A DNA stretch of 64,000 nt. Source: Malacoraja senta. Lineage: Eukaryota. The notes beneath the pieces are model-generated. The model had not been told where the DNA came from, made no database searches, and saw only the letters and a program-made list of their open reading frames with translations. The stretch is taken from contig JAXLNO010000046.1 in the NCBI GenBank assembly GCA_038087875.1, forward strand, positions 1 through 64,000, in the 5' to 3' direction. A program made the position numbers and the translations under genes. Numbering within the stretch: position 1 is the first letter of the stretch; every line of letters starts with the position of its first letter. This document shows, in pieces, positions 62,636-64,000 of this stretch.

Positions 62636-63274
62636 GTCTAATAATAGATCTAAACCAGCACCCAAAACAAGGTGAGGCAGAGGGTCAAGACCAAAGTCAA
62701 TCTTGAATCTTTGAATCTTGCCTCATGTCCCATTGCAGGCCACATGCTCCACATTAAACTGGCAATGACTTAAGGAACTGGGTAAAATTTGAAGCCACAT
62801 CTGAATCAGGGACTAAAGACAGTTAATAAGGATACAACATAGGTTAGAAATGAGCCTAATATTAATGTCATTTCACTCATTTCATAGCAAAGAAAACTGA
62901 AGTGCTTAATATATTATTGGCAGCATTAGACTGATAGAAACTGCCCATCCCAGGGATGTTAAATCAAATTGGAAGTCTGAAATAGATTATGACATGGCAA
63001 GGCAATTTCTGAAGTGCTGCGGAACAAACATACTGACCTAGAAGGTGTTGGAGTTCATATTTACAATAGCAAGTCTTGTTTACATAGACAGCCAAGTAGA
63101 ATTGAATAAAGACTAAACACCAATTCCCTAGGAAAGCACACTTATTACTGGAACACTCGAAGAACTTGCCATCTTGTTGCGTACGCGGCATTAATCTAGT
63201 TACGTAGTAGAAGCAAAGTACATTTTTTATCTTTGCAAGATTGGGTTTTCATTTCCAATTGCTGGTTGCTTCTA

Positions 63275-63590
63275 CATTGACACAGATTTCCAATCTTCAC
63301 TTATTTGTGGGATGATGAGTCCTGAGGCATCTGTTCTCCAGTCAGCTGTGGGATGAAGGGTCTCATGAACCAATGAAGGTAAGTGTTGTGAAGCACATAG
63401 TCCATCACTCCATGCATTCCCTCGTGAACCTGCCACAGCTGGATCAGCCATTGTACAGATGGATCCTGGTAGGTGGAAGCCCAGGACAGACAGGGTGCTG
63501 AAGATCATCACATCTGCTACATTTGCTCTTTGAGGCAGCCCATGAACATTTAACAGATGGATTGTAGTTTGTCAGAAAGATTCCACCACC
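63275..63590 (-). pseudogene. Decayed last exon of a third perilipin paralogue (continues past the N gap and the window edge)
   Basis: The - strand reads NLSDKLQSIC*/NVHGLPQ.../[37 protein letters not shown], with frameshifts and stops. Confidence 0.78.
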
Positions 63591-63660
63591 TCCTCCCCCA
63601 CCCCTTCTCCCCCTTCTCCCCTGCCCCCACACCTTCATTCCTTCCCCTCTCTCTCTTGCT

Positions 63661-63800
63661 NNNNNNNNNNNNNNNNNNNNNNNNNNNNNNNNNNNNNNNN
63701 NNNNNNNNNNNNNNNNNNNNNNNNNNNNNNNNNNNNNNNNNNNNNNNNNNNNNNNNNNNNNNNNNNNNNNNNNNNNNNNNNNNNNNNNNNNNNNNNNNNN
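63661..63800. other. Assembly gap flanked by CT-rich low complexity
   Basis: 140 N. Confidence 0.99.
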
Positions 63801-64000
63801 CTCCCTCTCTGCCCCTTGAGCTCACCCACTGTTCTGTAAGATCAAGGCCAATCCCAATGTAACTGCAATCCCACTGGTAACTTTTCACCATTATTCTTAT
63901 CCAGAATTCTACCACTGCCTGCAAAATAATCAAAGGCTCAACTTCCACTGCGAAAGAGAATTCCAAAGACTCATTGATATACGAGAATTTTCCCGAACAG

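Overview
Vertebrate genomic DNA. The repeat content (CR1 LINEs, V-SINEs, Penelope-type short repeats, DIRS) points to a cartilaginous fish, probably a skate or ray; this is an inference. The + strand holds the last 8 coding exons of HDGFL2 (634-24757), including the integrase-binding domain. The - strand holds a complete 434-aa perilipin gene (PLIN3-like, 7 coding exons, 48892-58429) with a CpG-rich promoter, convergent with HDGFL2. Two further decayed perilipin paralogues, largely invisible in the ORF track, flank the intact gene. One is a six-exon pseudogene (33469-38883) interrupted by a young CR1 and an RTE-like retroposon, both with target-site duplications (TSDs). The other is a decayed last exon at the right edge, cut by an N gap. 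The rest is transposons: many CR1 copies, Rex1/Babar, L2, a full-length degenerate DIRS, a Penelope remnant, about a dozen Penelope-type repeats (several with minimal hammerhead-ribozyme cores), and hAT, Harbinger and mariner-type MITEs. All alignments were read by eye, family assignments rest on recalled motifs, and transposon boundaries are approximate unless a TSD or TIR is given.
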